Assembly: GCF_028641065.1 (NCBI RefSeq)
Contig: NC_073399.1
Span: 4,774,001 to 4,838,000 of the forward strand
Direction of reading: 5' to 3'
Source of the DNA: Leucoraja erinacea
Taxonomy: Eukaryota
Length of the DNA: 64,000 nt
In this document: positions 63,414-64,000 of the stretch, piece after piece
Layout: every line of letters begins with the position of its first letter
Position numbering within the stretch: position 1 is the first letter of the stretch
Position numbers and translations under genes: made by a program
The notes under the pieces: model-generated
The model's input: the letters and a program-made list of their open reading frames with translations, nothing else
Databases searched by the model: none
What the model was told of the DNA's origin: nothing

Positions 63414-63524
63414 ATGCTGATAATGCATCTTCTTTCTCAGTTATCTTGGCATAAATTTGTAATGAGCCTTTGAAATGGGTTGCAGCCTCACCAGTTTATA
63501 AATGCTGGATCAGCAAGATGTAGC

Positions 63525-64000
63525 AACAGTATGGTATGGCAACTGCTCTGTCTCCGACCGGAAAGCACTGCAGAGGGTGGTGAAAACTGCCCAACGCATC
63601 ACAGGTTCCTCACTCCCCTCCATTGAGTCCAAAGCAAGCGTTGTCTGCGAAGGGCGCGCAGCATCGTCAAGGACTGCTCTCACCCCAGCCACAGACTGTT
63701 TACCCTCCTTCCATCCGGGAGGCGCTACAGGTCTCTCCGTTGCCGGACCAGCAGGTTCAGGAACAGCTTCTTCCCTGCGGCTGGCGGTTGTTCCACTACT
63801 TAACTCTGCACCTGGGTGATTGCCAGTCACCTCCCCCCCAGACACTCCTTCCCCCAGAAAATATTGCACTACTACAACTGTTGTACATATATATATATAT
63901 ATTTTACTGCTCATTATTCAATGTTCGCTCTTCTGGGTGAGATGCTAACTGCATTCCGTTGTCTCTGTACTGTACACCGCACAATAACAATAAAGATTGA
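63525..64000 (+). mobile_element. Rex1/Babar-type 3' end
   Basis: TVWYGNCSVSDRKALQRVVKTAQRITG; ends caataaaga; related 3' ends near 12985-13310, 20290-20610, 57170-57530. Confidence 0.8.

Overview
Vertebrate genomic DNA, most likely from a cartilaginous fish (skate/ray; inferred from HE1-type V-SINEs and the CR1/Penelope repeat content). Two intron-containing genes lie on the minus strand. ELAC2 (RNase Z long form) is present from exon 2 to its last coding exon (62860 to 29730); exon 1 is beyond the right edge. An axonemal beta-type dynein heavy chain, probably DNAH9, has exons 1-7 (19278 to the left edge) and an RFX X-box plus forkhead site just upstream of its ATG. All internal exons have GT-AG boundaries in consistent phase. 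Introns are packed with CR1, Rex1/Babar, L1 and Penelope-like retroelement fragments, HE1 SINEs, Tc1 remnants and MITEs. The most striking unexplained structure is catalytic RNA inside short mobile elements. (1) Two TSD-flanked ~140-150 bp retroposons (550-686 minus, 7889-8037 plus) begin exactly with a 54-nt HDV/CPEB3-like ribozyme fold that lacks P4 and end in a (GAA)n tail. (2) Many Penelope-derived short or foldback insertions carry minimal hammerhead cores. One foldback insertion duplicated the ELAC2 exon 19 splice acceptor in frame. There is one assembly gap (20629-20773). Repeat boundaries are approximate unless a TSD is quoted.
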